A DNA stretch of 64,000 nt from a bacterium (GCA_021371935.1 JAJFVF010000019.1:87268-151267), one strand, 5' to 3'. Counted from the first letter of the stretch, positions 1 to 10,532 are shown. Notes: a model not told the origin generated them from the sequence alone. Numbers and translations are program-made.

Positions 1-28
1 TATTCACGTTCCTCGTGAATAATGCGGG
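1..28 (-). repeat. Partial copy of the ~75-80 bp double-hairpin element (hairpin 1 only, cut by window edge)
   Basis: TATTCACGTTCCTCGTGAATAATGCGGG is the reverse complement of the first hairpin in the copies at 22433 and 36994. Confidence 0.7.
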
Positions 29-2176
29 CTAGTCAAATAGGCTTAATGTCTGCTGATTGGCGGGATCCATGTGTTTCTTTGTCGGTGGTTTAGGAAACAA
101 GACATCGAAGTCCTCGCCAAACGCTTCCTTAAGTCGACTTGCGAATTTATAGAGTTTCTCCAGGAGGTAATGTCTATCCTCATCTCCAGCATAGTCACCC
201 GCCAGCCCGATTGAGCCGTCATTTTTCTCATAGATGCTCACATACTGACCGACTTTCATGCCCTTTGCAGCCTGTGCAAGCCGCTTTTTGCCTGTGGAGT
301 GGAAGGTCTTTTCTGTGATCCTTTCTCGCCTGGCAAATTTTTCTATACCGAGCTGACCATTGCTGATTTTTTCAGAGAGTGATTTGTATAGTTCGCCTGC
401 TTTGTCTTTTTCGCCTCGCAGCAGATATTCTGCAGTGCCGGATATGAAATCCAACCCGAACGGCTCATCCGCGCGTGATCTCAAAGCAGAACCTCTAAAT
501 GTCTTCTTGCCGTCGTATGATTCCAGCACATAGTTTTTGATCTTTACCGAGATCATAGCTTTGTAGCGACCGTCATGCGCCAGCCTGATGCCTTCGGGCA
601 GTGCCGAGCCGATGCGTTCGATATATTCGACTTCTTTTTCTTCGCTGTCGATATCATTTGGCGGGCTGAAATATACGCCATCGGTGTCCACTTCCACCAC
701 CATACTTCCCGCCTTTTCAAGTTCCTCGACTATCCGCTTGACCAGTTTCTGACCCGTAGTCGTGACCCTTGCGCCGGCGTCATGATCGTTAAAATTGAAC
801 GGTCCGGCCAGGTAGCCATAGAACGAGTTGATAAGGATTTTGAACGCGCTCTGCAGTCCATCCCAATATGCGTGTTCACGCCCCTGCGACTCTTTTGCCT
901 TGCGTTTGGCCGCCAGTCTCCTCTGCACCAGGTTCGCGAGGGCGGGCAAGAAAATATCCAGAGTATCGTTTTTCGGTTTGACCTTATGTGTGAGCATGAT
1001 ACTCGGATACAGACTCTCCACATCGCACTTGACTATATGCTCGATCACTCCAGCCGTGCGCACCTCCGTGTATCCACCCGGCAGCGTTTTTTGTTCGGAC
1101 TGCTCTGGGATAGCACAGCCCTTGCTGAGATAGTGCCGAATGAAGATGGAGTTGATTTTTTCGCCGGTGCCGGATGTCGCAGCACGCTCATATGTGTCGG
1201 GTATCATCTGAGTCAAATAGAACTCATACGGGCATACTATCCCCGCCAGCAGATCGGTCTCTCTGACATCTTGAGTAGTATACTTTTTGACCCGCTCGGG
1301 GTTGTCATGCCACTCCTGCGCAATCTTGTCGTGAGGGATAATTTCTCTATCGTCTTCCGCAATGCCCAGTGCCTTAGCGGCGGCCTTGAGAGAGTAGCTC
1401 GACAGACTCGCCCGTGACACATCCCACCTCTGCACTGCCAGCAGGGTGTCGATTATGTGCCTGCCATGGATATGAGCCGGGCTGAACGGCCTGGAGTAAT
1501 AGCCTATAGCGCTCTGCTGCTTCTGGCCGAATATAACTTCTGAACCATCGCGTCCGAATGCCAGCCTCACACCTCTATATTTCGCACGAGCCGCCATGTA
1601 AGCCAGGTCGAAGTCATATATGTTGTGGCCTTCTATTATGTCTGGGTCGCGTTCACGCACGCATGAGACAGTATCTCTCAATATCTGTGCTTCATCTCCA
1701 GTGATTAGGGTCTCGAAGCCTCGATTGTCCCTTATAGCGACCATGAATATCTCGTTTTCAGGCTTGTCGGGTGTGAGCGCGAGGGTTTCTATATCGAGCT
1801 GCATGCGGACGACATCGTCGAAATCCATTCCCTTAAAGAGAGTTTGGCCTGTCCTGGTCAGATACTGCTTTGCCGCGGTCGGCATAGCGATATGCGATGC
1901 GTGCGCGTCACGCAGCCAGTATCGTGCGGCGTTATATGAATTGCTGCTGTCGAACTCTGCCAGGAATCTATAGCCGCTGCCGTCAAGCTCTGTCCACTGC
2001 GCGTCAGTGATCTGGTGCTTCTCAGTCGTGAGTATCCAGCGTTTGAACGGCGTCTCGTGCGTTGTCATCGCGCCATCGATTCGTCGATAGATAATGGCGG
2101 TTTCCGTTCCGACTTCCACAGCAACTATTCCTTCAGTCGGGTCGCTGCCGAAAAGGATTTTCTCAACACTGTCCAT
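29..2176 (-). CDS. Family B DNA polymerase with 3'-5' exonuclease domain (715 aa)
   Basis: Translation shows Exo I DIETL and Exo II HNIYDFDLAYM. Polymerase motif A DVESLYPSIM, motif B KILINSFYGYLAG, motif C VVEVDTDGVY. Confidence 0.8.
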   Translation of the reverse strand: MDSVEKILFGSDPTEGIVAVEVGTETAIIYRRIDGAMTTHETPFKRWILTTEKHQITDAQWTELDGSGYRFLAEFDSSNSYNAARYWLRDAHASHIAMPTAAKQYLTRTGQTLFKGMDFDDVVRMQLDIETLALTPDKPENEIFMVAIRDNRGFETLITGDEAQILRDTVSCVRERDPDIIEGHNIYDFDLAYMAARAKYRGVRLAFGRDGSEVIFGQKQQSAIGYYSRPFSPAHIHGRHIIDTLLAVQRWDVSRASLSSYSLKAAAKALGIAEDDREIIPHDKIAQEWHDNPERVKKYTTQDVRETDLLAGIVCPYEFYLTQMIPDTYERAATSGTGEKINSIFIRHYLSKGCAIPEQSEQKTLPGGYTEVRTAGVIEHIVKCDVESLYPSIMLTHKVKPKNDTLDIFLPALANLVQRRLAAKRKAKESQGREHAYWDGLQSAFKILINSFYGYLAGPFNFNDHDAGARVTTTGQKLVKRIVEELEKAGSMVVEVDTDGVYFSPPNDIDSEEKEVEYIERIGSALPEGIRLAHDGRYKAMISVKIKNYVLESYDGKKTFRGSALRSRADEPFGLDFISGTAEYLLRGEKDKAGELYKSLSEKISNGQLGIEKFARRERITEKTFHSTGKKRLAQAAKGMKVGQYVSIYEKNDGSIGLAGDYAGDEDRHYLLEKLYKFASRLKEAFGEDFDVLFPKPPTKKHMDPANQQTLSLFD

Positions 2177-2218
2177 AACTCGTATATTATACCATTGGAA
2201 TACAGAGGTTTATTACAA

Positions 2219-3268
2219 ATGAATAGCAAGCCAATCAGTCTGGGAATAGTCGGCCTCGGTCGAGCCACGCAGTCGATGCATCTGAAAGAACTGGAGGGCA
2301 GAGAATCAAAGTTCAGGATAGTTGCGGCGTGTGATGTAATCGAGGATCGGCGTGCAATGATGACCGAGCATTACGGCTGTCCTGCTTACGAGAAGATTGA
2401 GGACCTGATAGCCGATCCACAGGTTGAAATGGTAGACATAGTGACCCGTTCTCCCGATCATTTCGCACATGCGAAGATGGCTCTGGAGGCCGGCAAATAT
2501 GTATTTCTCGAAAAGCCCATGTGCACCAATTATAAGGATGCTCTTGCCTTATCCAAGATAGCCGAATCCACTGGCAACAGGCTATATATCCGCCACAACA
2601 GACGTTTCGAGCCGGCGTTTACGCATATTCGAGAGATCATATCATCGGGGATTCTGGGTGATGTATATCAGATCAAGCTGCAGCGGGCGCAGTATATGCG
2701 ACGCGGCGATTGGCAGACGATCAAGGAGTGCGGAGGCGGCATGCTGCTCAACTGGGGGCCGCATATCATCGACCATTCTCTTCGCCTGCTGGAGTCTCCG
2801 GTCAAGTCTATGTTCAGTGATCTCAAGCGGGTTGCGGCTATAGGCAACGCCGAAGATCACATCAAGATAGTGTTTATGGGTGAGAACGGCCGGATGGTGG
2901 ACATGGAGATATGCTTTGGTGCTGCTTTGAGCCAGGATGTGTATATGATATGGGGCACACGCGGTGCGCTTTCGAGTGATGAGAAGACAATCAAGCTGCG
3001 TTATATCGACCCGAACCAGCAGCTTTCAGATAAGTTTGCAAATCCCGGCACACCTAATATCGGCGATTACTGCCTGCCTGAAAAGCTCGAATGGATAGAA
3101 GAGTCGATTCCGGTAGATCCTCAGCTCAAGGTTGATATGACATCCATATGGGACTATCTGTATTCCACTGTCCGTGAGGGCAAGCCATTCCCAATCACGA
3201 TAGACGAGGCTTTGGGTGTGATAAAGGTCATTTCTGAGGTGAAAGCGGGCACCGAATTTAGCGGTTAG
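2219..3268 (+). CDS. Gfo/Idh/MocA family NAD(P)-dependent oxidoreductase
   Basis: N-terminal Rossmann motif ISLGIVGLGRA and conserved EKP motif. Start moved to the internal ATG (MNSKPISL) with an AGAGG Shine-Dalgarno, which avoids overlap with the upstream polymerase gene. Confidence 0.7.
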   Translation: MNSKPISLGIVGLGRATQSMHLKELEGRESKFRIVAACDVIEDRRAMMTEHYGCPAYEKIEDLIADPQVEMVDIVTRSPDHFAHAKMALEAGKYVFLEKPMCTNYKDALALSKIAESTGNRLYIRHNRRFEPAFTHIREIISSGILGDVYQIKLQRAQYMRRGDWQTIKECGGGMLLNWGPHIIDHSLRLLESPVKSMFSDLKRVAAIGNAEDHIKIVFMGENGRMVDMEICFGAALSQDVYMIWGTRGALSSDEKTIKLRYIDPNQQLSDKFANPGTPNIGDYCLPEKLEWIEESIPVDPQLKVDMTSIWDYLYSTVREGKPFPITIDEALGVIKVISEVKAGTEFSG

Positions 3269-3316
3269 CCTGTCGTACAGAGTCAATATCAAATACAAAA
3301 TCTATGATTCGATGTT

Positions 3317-3346
3317 CGGGCGCGATATCCGATTGCGCCCGAAAGA
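3317..3346 (+). repeat. Hairpin repeat TTCGGGCGCGATATCCGATTGCGCCCGAA (copy 1 of 2)
   Basis: 9-bp GC-rich stem. Near-identical copy at 22342. Confidence 0.6.
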
Positions 3347-3369
3347 GAACAATCGTATAGGACAATAGT

Positions 3370-5073
3370 TTGAGTCAAGTAATTTGGAAAGTAAAAGACT
3401 GCGATGAGCCTGCAGCGGTCCGGCTGCACGAACAGACCGGCGCATCTCCTGCGGTCTGCAAGCTGCTGGTCAGCCGCGGTGTCAAGACAGGCTCTGATTA
3501 CGACAGTTTTATGAACCCATCTCTTTCGCAGATGCACGATCCATATTTGCTTGCCGACATGGAGGAGGGCGTCGAGCGGCTGGCCGACGCGATTGTTTCA
3601 GGCGAAAAGATATGCGTTCACGGTGATTATGATGTGGACGGCATCACCAGCACAGCTTTATTGGTCAGGACACTGCGCGCACTCAAGGCGAATGTCGACT
3701 ATTTGCTTCCTCATCGTCAGAAGGACGGCTACGACATTAAGCCGTTTGCGATAGATGCAGCTGCGCAGAGAGGCTGTTCGCTGGTAGTAAGCTGTGACTG
3801 CGGCATAAACGCCGTCTCGACCGCTGAGCGTGCCAGGGAGCTTGGCATTGACCTGATTATAACCGACCACCATGACCCCGGCGCCCAGCTTCCCGATGCC
3901 GCCGCCGTGATAAATCCCAAGAGGCCGGATTCGCAGTATCCTTTTACGGGGCTTGCGGGCGTAGGAGTGGCCCTCAAACTTGCCCAGGGGCTTGTAAGGC
4001 TGCTCGGTCATGATGACGAGTCTTTCGTCTCTCGATTTGTCGATCTGGCGGCTCTTGGGACGGTTGCTGATGTTGTCCCATTGCTCGATGAGAACCGCAC
4101 GATAGTAAAGCTTGGCCTTGACGCCATAGCCACCAGCAAGAAGGTGGGTCTGAGGACCATGCTCAGGACCACCGGCCTTGAGGGCAAGACTATGACTGCA
4201 CATTATCTTGCCTATATTCTCGGTCCGCGGATCAATGCCGTGGGCAGGATGGATGATGCCGCCGCCGCGCTCCAGCTCCTGCTCACAAAAGATGATAAAG
4301 AGGCGTCTGAGCTGGCTTCGGCTATGGAGAGGCACAATTCCAACCGCAAGGTCGAGCAGGAAAAAATTCTGGAGCAGACGAATGTCCAGTTCGCAGATAG
4401 AGACTTGGCCTCTAGCCGTATTCTTGTGCTTTCGAGCGATGGCTGGAACCCAGGCGTAATAGGCATAGTCGCGGGCAAGATATGCGAGACCTACTGCTGC
4501 CCGGCTATCCTTATCGCTCGAGACGAATCGTCAGGTATGGGTGTCGGTTCGGCGCGCAGTATAGATGCTTTTCATATGCGCGATGCTCTCGCGCAGTGTT
4601 CGGACCTTTTTACCCATTTCGGCGGTCATGCTCTGGCTGCAGGCTTCACGATCCCACTTGAGAATATTGCGCCTTTTGAAGACCGGATCGGTACTCTTGC
4701 ACGCGAATCGATCTCAGATGAGGCGATGGTCCCGCGAATAGATATAGACACTCAGCTTGCGCCTGAGGATATTAATCGTAATCTAGCGGATATGCTGATG
4801 TGCATGGAGCCTTTTGGCGAAGGCAACCCCGAGCCTGTTTTCATGACCACCGGGCTGAAAGTCACCCATAAACAGAGGGTAGGGGACGGCTCTCATCTCA
4901 AGCTCAAAGTGCAGGGCAAAAATGGTCCCGCAATCGAGTGCATCGCGTTCAGAATGGGCGATCTTTGCGATGGGCTTGAGCTTGGCGGGAGCATAGATAT
5001 GTGTTACCATGTTAAGCTAAATAAGTTCAATGGCACCGAGTCGGTGCAGTTGGTGTGCAAGGCGATCAGGTAA
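3370..5073 (+). CDS. recJ: Single-stranded-DNA-specific exonuclease RecJ
   Basis: DHH/DHHA1 motifs (VHGDYDVDGITS, ITDHHD). TTG start with AGGA Shine-Dalgarno. Confidence 0.85.
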   Translation: MSQVIWKVKDCDEPAAVRLHEQTGASPAVCKLLVSRGVKTGSDYDSFMNPSLSQMHDPYLLADMEEGVERLADAIVSGEKICVHGDYDVDGITSTALLVRTLRALKANVDYLLPHRQKDGYDIKPFAIDAAAQRGCSLVVSCDCGINAVSTAERARELGIDLIITDHHDPGAQLPDAAAVINPKRPDSQYPFTGLAGVGVALKLAQGLVRLLGHDDESFVSRFVDLAALGTVADVVPLLDENRTIVKLGLDAIATSKKVGLRTMLRTTGLEGKTMTAHYLAYILGPRINAVGRMDDAAAALQLLLTKDDKEASELASAMERHNSNRKVEQEKILEQTNVQFADRDLASSRILVLSSDGWNPGVIGIVAGKICETYCCPAILIARDESSGMGVGSARSIDAFHMRDALAQCSDLFTHFGGHALAAGFTIPLENIAPFEDRIGTLARESISDEAMVPRIDIDTQLAPEDINRNLADMLMCMEPFGEGNPEPVFMTTGLKVTHKQRVGDGSHLKLKVQGKNGPAIECIAFRMGDLCDGLELGGSIDMCYHVKLNKFNGTESVQLVCKAIR

Positions 5074-5090
5074 TATCAGTGATAGTTCAG

Positions 5091-7301
5091 ATGGCCGATA
5101 TCGATTCTATAATCAGCAAGGTGTTGGAATATAATGACGCGGCGGATACGGATCTGATCCGCCGTGCATACGAGTTCGCATCTGTCGCTCATAAAGATCA
5201 GCTCCGCGAGACCGGTGACCCCTACATCACTCATCCTCTGGCGACCGCCGAGATTCTGACAGATCTCGAGATGGACACAGCCAGCATCGCGGCTGCTCTG
5301 CTCCATGACGTGGTCGAAGACCAAGACTATTCGATTGACGACATAAAGGATAAATTCGGTTCCGAGATAGCAGCGCTGGTCGACGGCGTCACCAAGTTGA
5401 AACTGGCCGATTTTGACGTTATGGATGATGCGCAGGAGCGCCAGGAGGTTCCGAAGAAGCGCCGTGCCGAGTTCAAGCGAAGCGCTGAGAACCTACGCAA
5501 AATATTCCTTGCCATGGCGCGCGATCTGCGTGTTATGGTCATCAAACTTGCCGACCGGCTGCACAATATGCGGACCCTGAGCGGTCTGCCTGAGGACCGT
5601 CAGAAGAAGGTGTCGCAGGAGACGATGCAGATATACGCTCCTCTTGCGCACAGGCTGGGTATCTGGAAGATCAAATGGGAGCTTGAGGACCTGGCGTTCA
5701 AGTATATTGAGCCGGAGGCCTATGCAAAGGTTGCGGATAAGGTCTCAGGCACGCGCGGCGACCGTGAGGACGACCTGGCCGAGGCCGTTGAGATGATCCA
5801 GAGACATCTGACCAAGGACGGCATTGATGCCACGATCCAGGCAAGGCCGAAGCATCTCTGGAGCATATATCAAAAGATGCTTCGTGAGGAAGTTGATTTC
5901 TCGGAGATATACGACCTTTCGGCAATCCGGGTTATCGTGAACAGGGTAGGCGAGTGCTATCATGCGCTGGGTCTGGTCCATGACCTTTGGATGCCGATCC
6001 CCGAGAGGTTTTCGGATTACATTGCAAAGCCCAAGTCGAACATGTATCAATCGCTGCACACCAAGGTGATCGGACCGAGGGGTGAGCCTTTGGAGGTGCA
6101 GATAAGGACCTGGGATATGCACAGGGTCGCTGACTTCGGTGTAGCTGCTCACTGGCAGTATAAGGAGCGTATGCGGTCGGGCGACGAGTTCGAGCGCAAA
6201 CTTTCGTGGCTGCGCCAGCAGCTCTTCGACTGGCAGTCCGACAGCAAGGATGCAGGTGAGTTCCTGCACTCGGTGATCAACGATCTGTTTACCGACCAGG
6301 TGTTTGTATTTACTCCACGGGGGGACGTTATTGACCTGCCGGCAGGCTCTACTCCAGTGGATTTCGCATATAGGATCCACAGCGATGTAGGCAACCACTG
6401 CGTCGGCGGCAAAGTAAACGGCCGGATCGTGCCTCTGACGTATAAGTTCAACAACGGCGACATAGTCGAGGTCATAACCCGGTCGAATGCACAGCCCAGC
6501 CTAGACTGGTTGGCATTTGTCAAAACTTCTCATGCCCGCAATCGTATAAAGGGTTTTTATAGGCGGGCACATTATGCCGAGTCTGTCACCAAAGGCCGCG
6601 AGATGCTCGACCGCGAGCTTGAGAAACTTGGTCATGAGCCCAAGGAACTGATAAAGGTCAGTGACATCACGGCAGTAGCCAAGGCGCTGAATTTGCAGAC
6701 TGAGGACGACCTGTATGCCGCGATAGGCTATGGCCATGTCGCGCTGGGCAGTGTGGTCAACAAGCTGAAAATACCTGAGCCGCCCAAGTCTGAGGCGCTG
6801 GTGATAGAGGCTCCCAAGTCCACTGGCAAGAGCAAACTCGCCGTCACCCTCGATGGGGTGAAAAACCTCATGATAACCCGGGCAAAGTGCTGCGCGCCGC
6901 TTCCGGGTGAGGAAGTTGTCGGCTATGTCTCCCGGGGTAAAGGCGTATCTCTGCATTCTGTGACATGCCCGAATGTCGCGGCCTATAGGGCGAGTGAGCC
7001 TGAGCGTCTGGTCGATATCAACTGGACCGAGGCCGATGGCGAGCGATATCCCACAAATATTGCGATACATGCCCTGAACCGCATGGGTCTGCTCAGTGAG
7101 ATTACGGCTATGTTTTCTGAGTCCAAGACAAACATAACTGGCGCCAAGGTCAAGACTATGCCTGACAAGACGGCGACAATCGATCTTACGGTCGATCTGC
7201 CGAATGTTCATGCGCTAAATGACCTTATGATCAAGGTCGGCAGCCTTTCCGATGTGCTCAAGATCGAGCGTGTGGCCGCCCACAGGTCAAAAAAAATTTG
7301 A
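5091..7301 (+). CDS. rel: Bifunctional (p)ppGpp synthetase/hydrolase RelA/SpoT
   Basis: HD hydrolase domain (HDVVED), synthetase domain, TGS and ACT C-terminal regions. Start placed at MADIDSII, after the recJ stop. Confidence 0.85.
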   Translation: MADIDSIISKVLEYNDAADTDLIRRAYEFASVAHKDQLRETGDPYITHPLATAEILTDLEMDTASIAAALLHDVVEDQDYSIDDIKDKFGSEIAALVDGVTKLKLADFDVMDDAQERQEVPKKRRAEFKRSAENLRKIFLAMARDLRVMVIKLADRLHNMRTLSGLPEDRQKKVSQETMQIYAPLAHRLGIWKIKWELEDLAFKYIEPEAYAKVADKVSGTRGDREDDLAEAVEMIQRHLTKDGIDATIQARPKHLWSIYQKMLREEVDFSEIYDLSAIRVIVNRVGECYHALGLVHDLWMPIPERFSDYIAKPKSNMYQSLHTKVIGPRGEPLEVQIRTWDMHRVADFGVAAHWQYKERMRSGDEFERKLSWLRQQLFDWQSDSKDAGEFLHSVINDLFTDQVFVFTPRGDVIDLPAGSTPVDFAYRIHSDVGNHCVGGKVNGRIVPLTYKFNNGDIVEVITRSNAQPSLDWLAFVKTSHARNRIKGFYRRAHYAESVTKGREMLDRELEKLGHEPKELIKVSDITAVAKALNLQTEDDLYAAIGYGHVALGSVVNKLKIPEPPKSEALVIEAPKSTGKSKLAVTLDGVKNLMITRAKCCAPLPGEEVVGYVSRGKGVSLHSVTCPNVAAYRASEPERLVDINWTEADGERYPTNIAIHALNRMGLLSEITAMFSESKTNITGAKVKTMPDKTATIDLTVDLPNVHALNDLMIKVGSLSDVLKIERVAAHRSKKI

Positions 7302-7626
7302 TATTTTATATTTTGTATTGATTATTTTGATCGGATCAACGAGCAAAAAGGCGTCTCAATTCCAGTCATTCCGAGCGAAGTCGAGGAATCTGCTGTGAGC
7401 CATTCTTTGTTATTTTGGCAATCGTGACAGGTGTTGTGCGCTTGATCGTCTGGGGTATCTCTCCCCGGACGCACATTAGGAGGAATATTTCCTCCATAAC
7501 CTTCGGTATATGGAGAATCTTGTTCCCGATATGTACTGTTCATTTCGGATATGGATTCCCGAAACATCAGATAGTGCCTATGAATTGTTGCCAGGCGAAC
7601 TGGGGCCAACATCGTGAGGAATAGAA

Positions 7627-8472
7627 ATGAGTGTCATAACCTATCTGCTTGCCCCTGATGGCTGGACACACGAAGACCCAAATCCATTCACTGCTGATGG
7701 CGCATACGGTCCACAGTGGAGTTGCTTCCGTGTCCAAGATGAATATGATTGGCGTGGGGGAAATCGTCGATACGAGAATGGCCTGTTTGCCTTTGTCGTA
7801 GGGCGTGGATGGCCTCGCCCGTTGTCGGCGGACATGGCTGATTTCATTCGTTATGAATCCATGCATGGGCGGCAATGTATTGTCAGTGTGCCGGGTGATA
7901 TGGATGCCCGGTCATACGTGGAGAAGGCTTTGTCAGAGACTCCGGACTGGTCGGTCGTGCGCCAGAATGATCAGAAATGGCTGGTCCATTCTACAACAGC
8001 ACATGGCTGGGCGGCTATTCAGTCGTGCGGAGAGTTACGTGCGCAGGCGCGTTTGTGCAACGAAGGCTTAACAATTAACAACCTGGGCAATGAATGGTTC
8101 GATGAACCGGCGGATTATGCCGAGTATATCCTTCTTGCAAACGCCGGTGTCATGATGCCCGAATTTGTGGTGGCGTCTAAAAACATCGGTCGGGTTATCA
8201 CGGAACCCGATACTCCCTATACTCCGGGCGCTCGCCTTTTCTTCGATGGACATAAGTTGATTCGAGATGGCTTGATCGTCCGCGACGGCCTGCATAGAAA
8301 AGTGCATGACCATCTTCCCCTTGATCCTTACCTGGCCGCTAGTGTAACGCCTGCTGATCTGGACCCCGAAAGGATGGTTTCCATCTGGACCCCAGAGTCA
8401 TTTTGCCTCGCAGCACTAGAGCATTTTTCTGATATAGTAGATGAGACGGTGTCGTACGAGCACTGGGAGTGA
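7627..8472 (+). CDS. Hypothetical protein (281 aa, no recognisable domain)
   Basis: Clean ORF with a strong GAGGA Shine-Dalgarno 8 nt upstream of the ATG. It lies between rel and dtd, which are usually adjacent. Confidence 0.55.
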   Translation: MSVITYLLAPDGWTHEDPNPFTADGAYGPQWSCFRVQDEYDWRGGNRRYENGLFAFVVGRGWPRPLSADMADFIRYESMHGRQCIVSVPGDMDARSYVEKALSETPDWSVVRQNDQKWLVHSTTAHGWAAIQSCGELRAQARLCNEGLTINNLGNEWFDEPADYAEYILLANAGVMMPEFVVASKNIGRVITEPDTPYTPGARLFFDGHKLIRDGLIVRDGLHRKVHDHLPLDPYLAASVTPADLDPERMVSIWTPESFCLAALEHFSDIVDETVSYEHWE

Positions 8473-8610
8473 CAGTCCCAGCACAGTGTTGTAGAACCAA
8501 CTTACTAATAAATAGATTTTTGGTCTTTTGGGATTTGAAGAGTGGATGATGCGTGTTACTATATACTATACTGCTCCGGTAATCCCGAAACCTGTATCAG
8601 GGAGTTTTGT

Positions 8611-9054
8611 GTGAAAGCAGTTATCCAGCGCGTAAAGAGCGCAAGTGTGAGTGTAGACGGCGAGCAGATATCGCAAATAGACAGGGGGTTAGCGATACTG
8701 CTGGGCGTTGCCAAAGGCGATGGTGCCAGGGACATCAACTTTCTTGCTGAGAAAATTTCCAACCTGCGGATTTTTGAGGACGAAGCGGGAAAGATGAACC
8801 TGTCCGTGCTCGACATCGGCGGGCAGGCATTGGTCGTCTCTCAGTTTACGCTCATGGCTGACTGCAAAAAAGGCCGCAGACCCGGTTTTGACAAAGCAGC
8901 CGCTCCAGAAATGGCGGAGGTGTTGTATAATGATTTTGTGGCCGTGCTGAGGGCGTGTGGTGTGAGTGTGCAGACAGGCAGATTTCAGTCGCACATGCTC
9001 TTTTCTATAGAAAATGACGGTCCTGTAACACTGGTTCTGGATAGTGAATTATGA
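8611..9054 (+). CDS. dtd: D-aminoacyl-tRNA deacylase
   Basis: KAVIQRV...LLGV...VSQFTL motifs typical of Dtd. GTG start with AGGGAG Shine-Dalgarno. Confidence 0.8.
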   Translation: MKAVIQRVKSASVSVDGEQISQIDRGLAILLGVAKGDGARDINFLAEKISNLRIFEDEAGKMNLSVLDIGGQALVVSQFTLMADCKKGRRPGFDKAAAPEMAEVLYNDFVAVLRACGVSVQTGRFQSHMLFSIENDGPVTLVLDSEL

Positions 9055-9899
9055 GTATTGCATTCAATGGTGAATATGGTGATTTTGAGGATCGCATGCG
9101 CTCTGGCGTTTCCGTGCCCGAGCGTGAGCCTGAGACTGCCTATGACCAGCAGGAACTCGGCGATGCCTTGAGCCATGATGGCAGGGTGCGCGAGGCGGTC
9201 GTGCACTATCGCAAGGCTGTCGAGATGGAGGGGTCCAACCCCGGTTATCATACGCGTCTTGGCGATGCATATGCCTATTCCGAGATGTCCGTGAAGGCTG
9301 TAGCCGAGTATAAGAAAGCACTCAAGATAAGCCCCAGGCGTGCTGAGCCGCACTACAGCCTAGGTGAGATATATCGCCGCTACGGCAAGTGGAACGCTGC
9401 GATAGTCGAGTATCGAAAAGCGGCTCAGTTCAACGCAATGAACCCGTTTTACAGATACAAGCTCGGTGTTGCGCTCTGCCATGTCGGGCTGTGGGACGAG
9501 GCGATGATCCAGCTTGAGATGGCCGTGCAGATCGCGCCGACTGATGGGTTCTATCATTTCTGGCTGGGCGACATTTACGGTCGGATCGGCAGGGTTGGGG
9601 ATGCGATAGTCGAGCTTCAGCAGGCGACCATATTCAGCCCTGCGGACTCGTATTATTCATTCAAGCTCGGTCTTATGTATCTGCGGGGAGCATTTCATTT
9701 GGATGCAGTTGCGGCTCTTGAGCGCGCAATAAAGCTCAAGCCCGGCGAGAGACCCTATCATGCCGTGCTTGCGGAGGCATATCGTGCTTGCGGAGATATC
9801 AAGCGGGCAAATGCGCACCGTCGGTTCGCGGAAGATATGGATCATTATGATGCAGCCAACCTGGCTGTAGCGAGACGTGGAAGTGAGGGGACTGATTGA
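9051..9899 (+). CDS. TPR repeat protein
   Basis: Multiple 34-aa repeats with the W/LG/Y...A...F/Y...A..P signature. Confidence 0.7.
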   Translation: MSIAFNGEYGDFEDRMRSGVSVPEREPETAYDQQELGDALSHDGRVREAVVHYRKAVEMEGSNPGYHTRLGDAYAYSEMSVKAVAEYKKALKISPRRAEPHYSLGEIYRRYGKWNAAIVEYRKAAQFNAMNPFYRYKLGVALCHVGLWDEAMIQLEMAVQIAPTDGFYHFWLGDIYGRIGRVGDAIVELQQATIFSPADSYYSFKLGLMYLRGAFHLDAVAALERAIKLKPGERPYHAVLAEAYRACGDIKRANAHRRFAEDMDHYDAANLAVARRGSEGTD

Positions 9900-10522
9900 G
9901 TCTGGATTTTCGAGTAATTGAGGTAGGTTTGCTGCAGATCAACTGCTACCTGCTTTGGGATGTGGAGACAAAGAAAGCGGCAATAATCGATCCTGGTGAC
10001 GACACAGATATCATAATCGACAACATCAAGGCGCTTGATCTTGATGTGGAGTGGATACTACTGACGCATGGCCATTTCGACCATACCTTCCGTGTGGGTG
10101 AGCTAACTGACAGCTATGATGTCAAAATAGCCCTGAACCCTCTCGACCTGCCCATGTTAGGCCAAAGCCTTGGTTTGGGCGAGCCGTTTTACAATTTTTC
10201 CGAGTATGTGCCCTTCACCGTCACTGATCTCATTAACGAGGGTGACGAAATTCATCTTGGCGGATCCACAATACATGTGCTTCACACACCTGGCCACTCC
10301 CAGGGCGGTGTGTGTTATGTAACTGATATAGGGGTATTTTGCGGCGACACGATATTTGCCGGCAGTGTCGGGCGAAGTGATCTTCCCAGTGGGTCGCATG
10401 AGCAGCTAATCGAGTCGATCAGGGCAAAGATAATGCCTCTCGACGATTCGACTCCTCTATTTCCCGGTCATGGGCCGTCGACAACCCTAGGTGCTGAGCG
10501 CAGGTCGAACCCGTATTTATAG
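9896..10522 (+). CDS. MBL-fold metallo-hydrolase
   Basis: LQINCYLL and HGHFDH metal-binding motifs. TTG start with GAGGGG Shine-Dalgarno. Confidence 0.75.
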   Translation: MSLDFRVIEVGLLQINCYLLWDVETKKAAIIDPGDDTDIIIDNIKALDLDVEWILLTHGHFDHTFRVGELTDSYDVKIALNPLDLPMLGQSLGLGEPFYNFSEYVPFTVTDLINEGDEIHLGGSTIHVLHTPGHSQGGVCYVTDIGVFCGDTIFAGSVGRSDLPSGSHEQLIESIRAKIMPLDDSTPLFPGHGPSTTLGAERRSNPYL

Positions 10523-10532
10523 AAAACATAGA

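Noticed and set aside
575-1417. 280-aa plus-strand ORF inside the PolB gene
   Set aside because: Antisense to a gene with unambiguous polymerase motifs.
2015-2218. Extended N-terminus of the oxidoreductase ORF overlapping the PolB gene
   Set aside because: The extension overlaps the convergent PolB coding region. An internal ATG with a good Shine-Dalgarno gives a canonical Rossmann-fold start.
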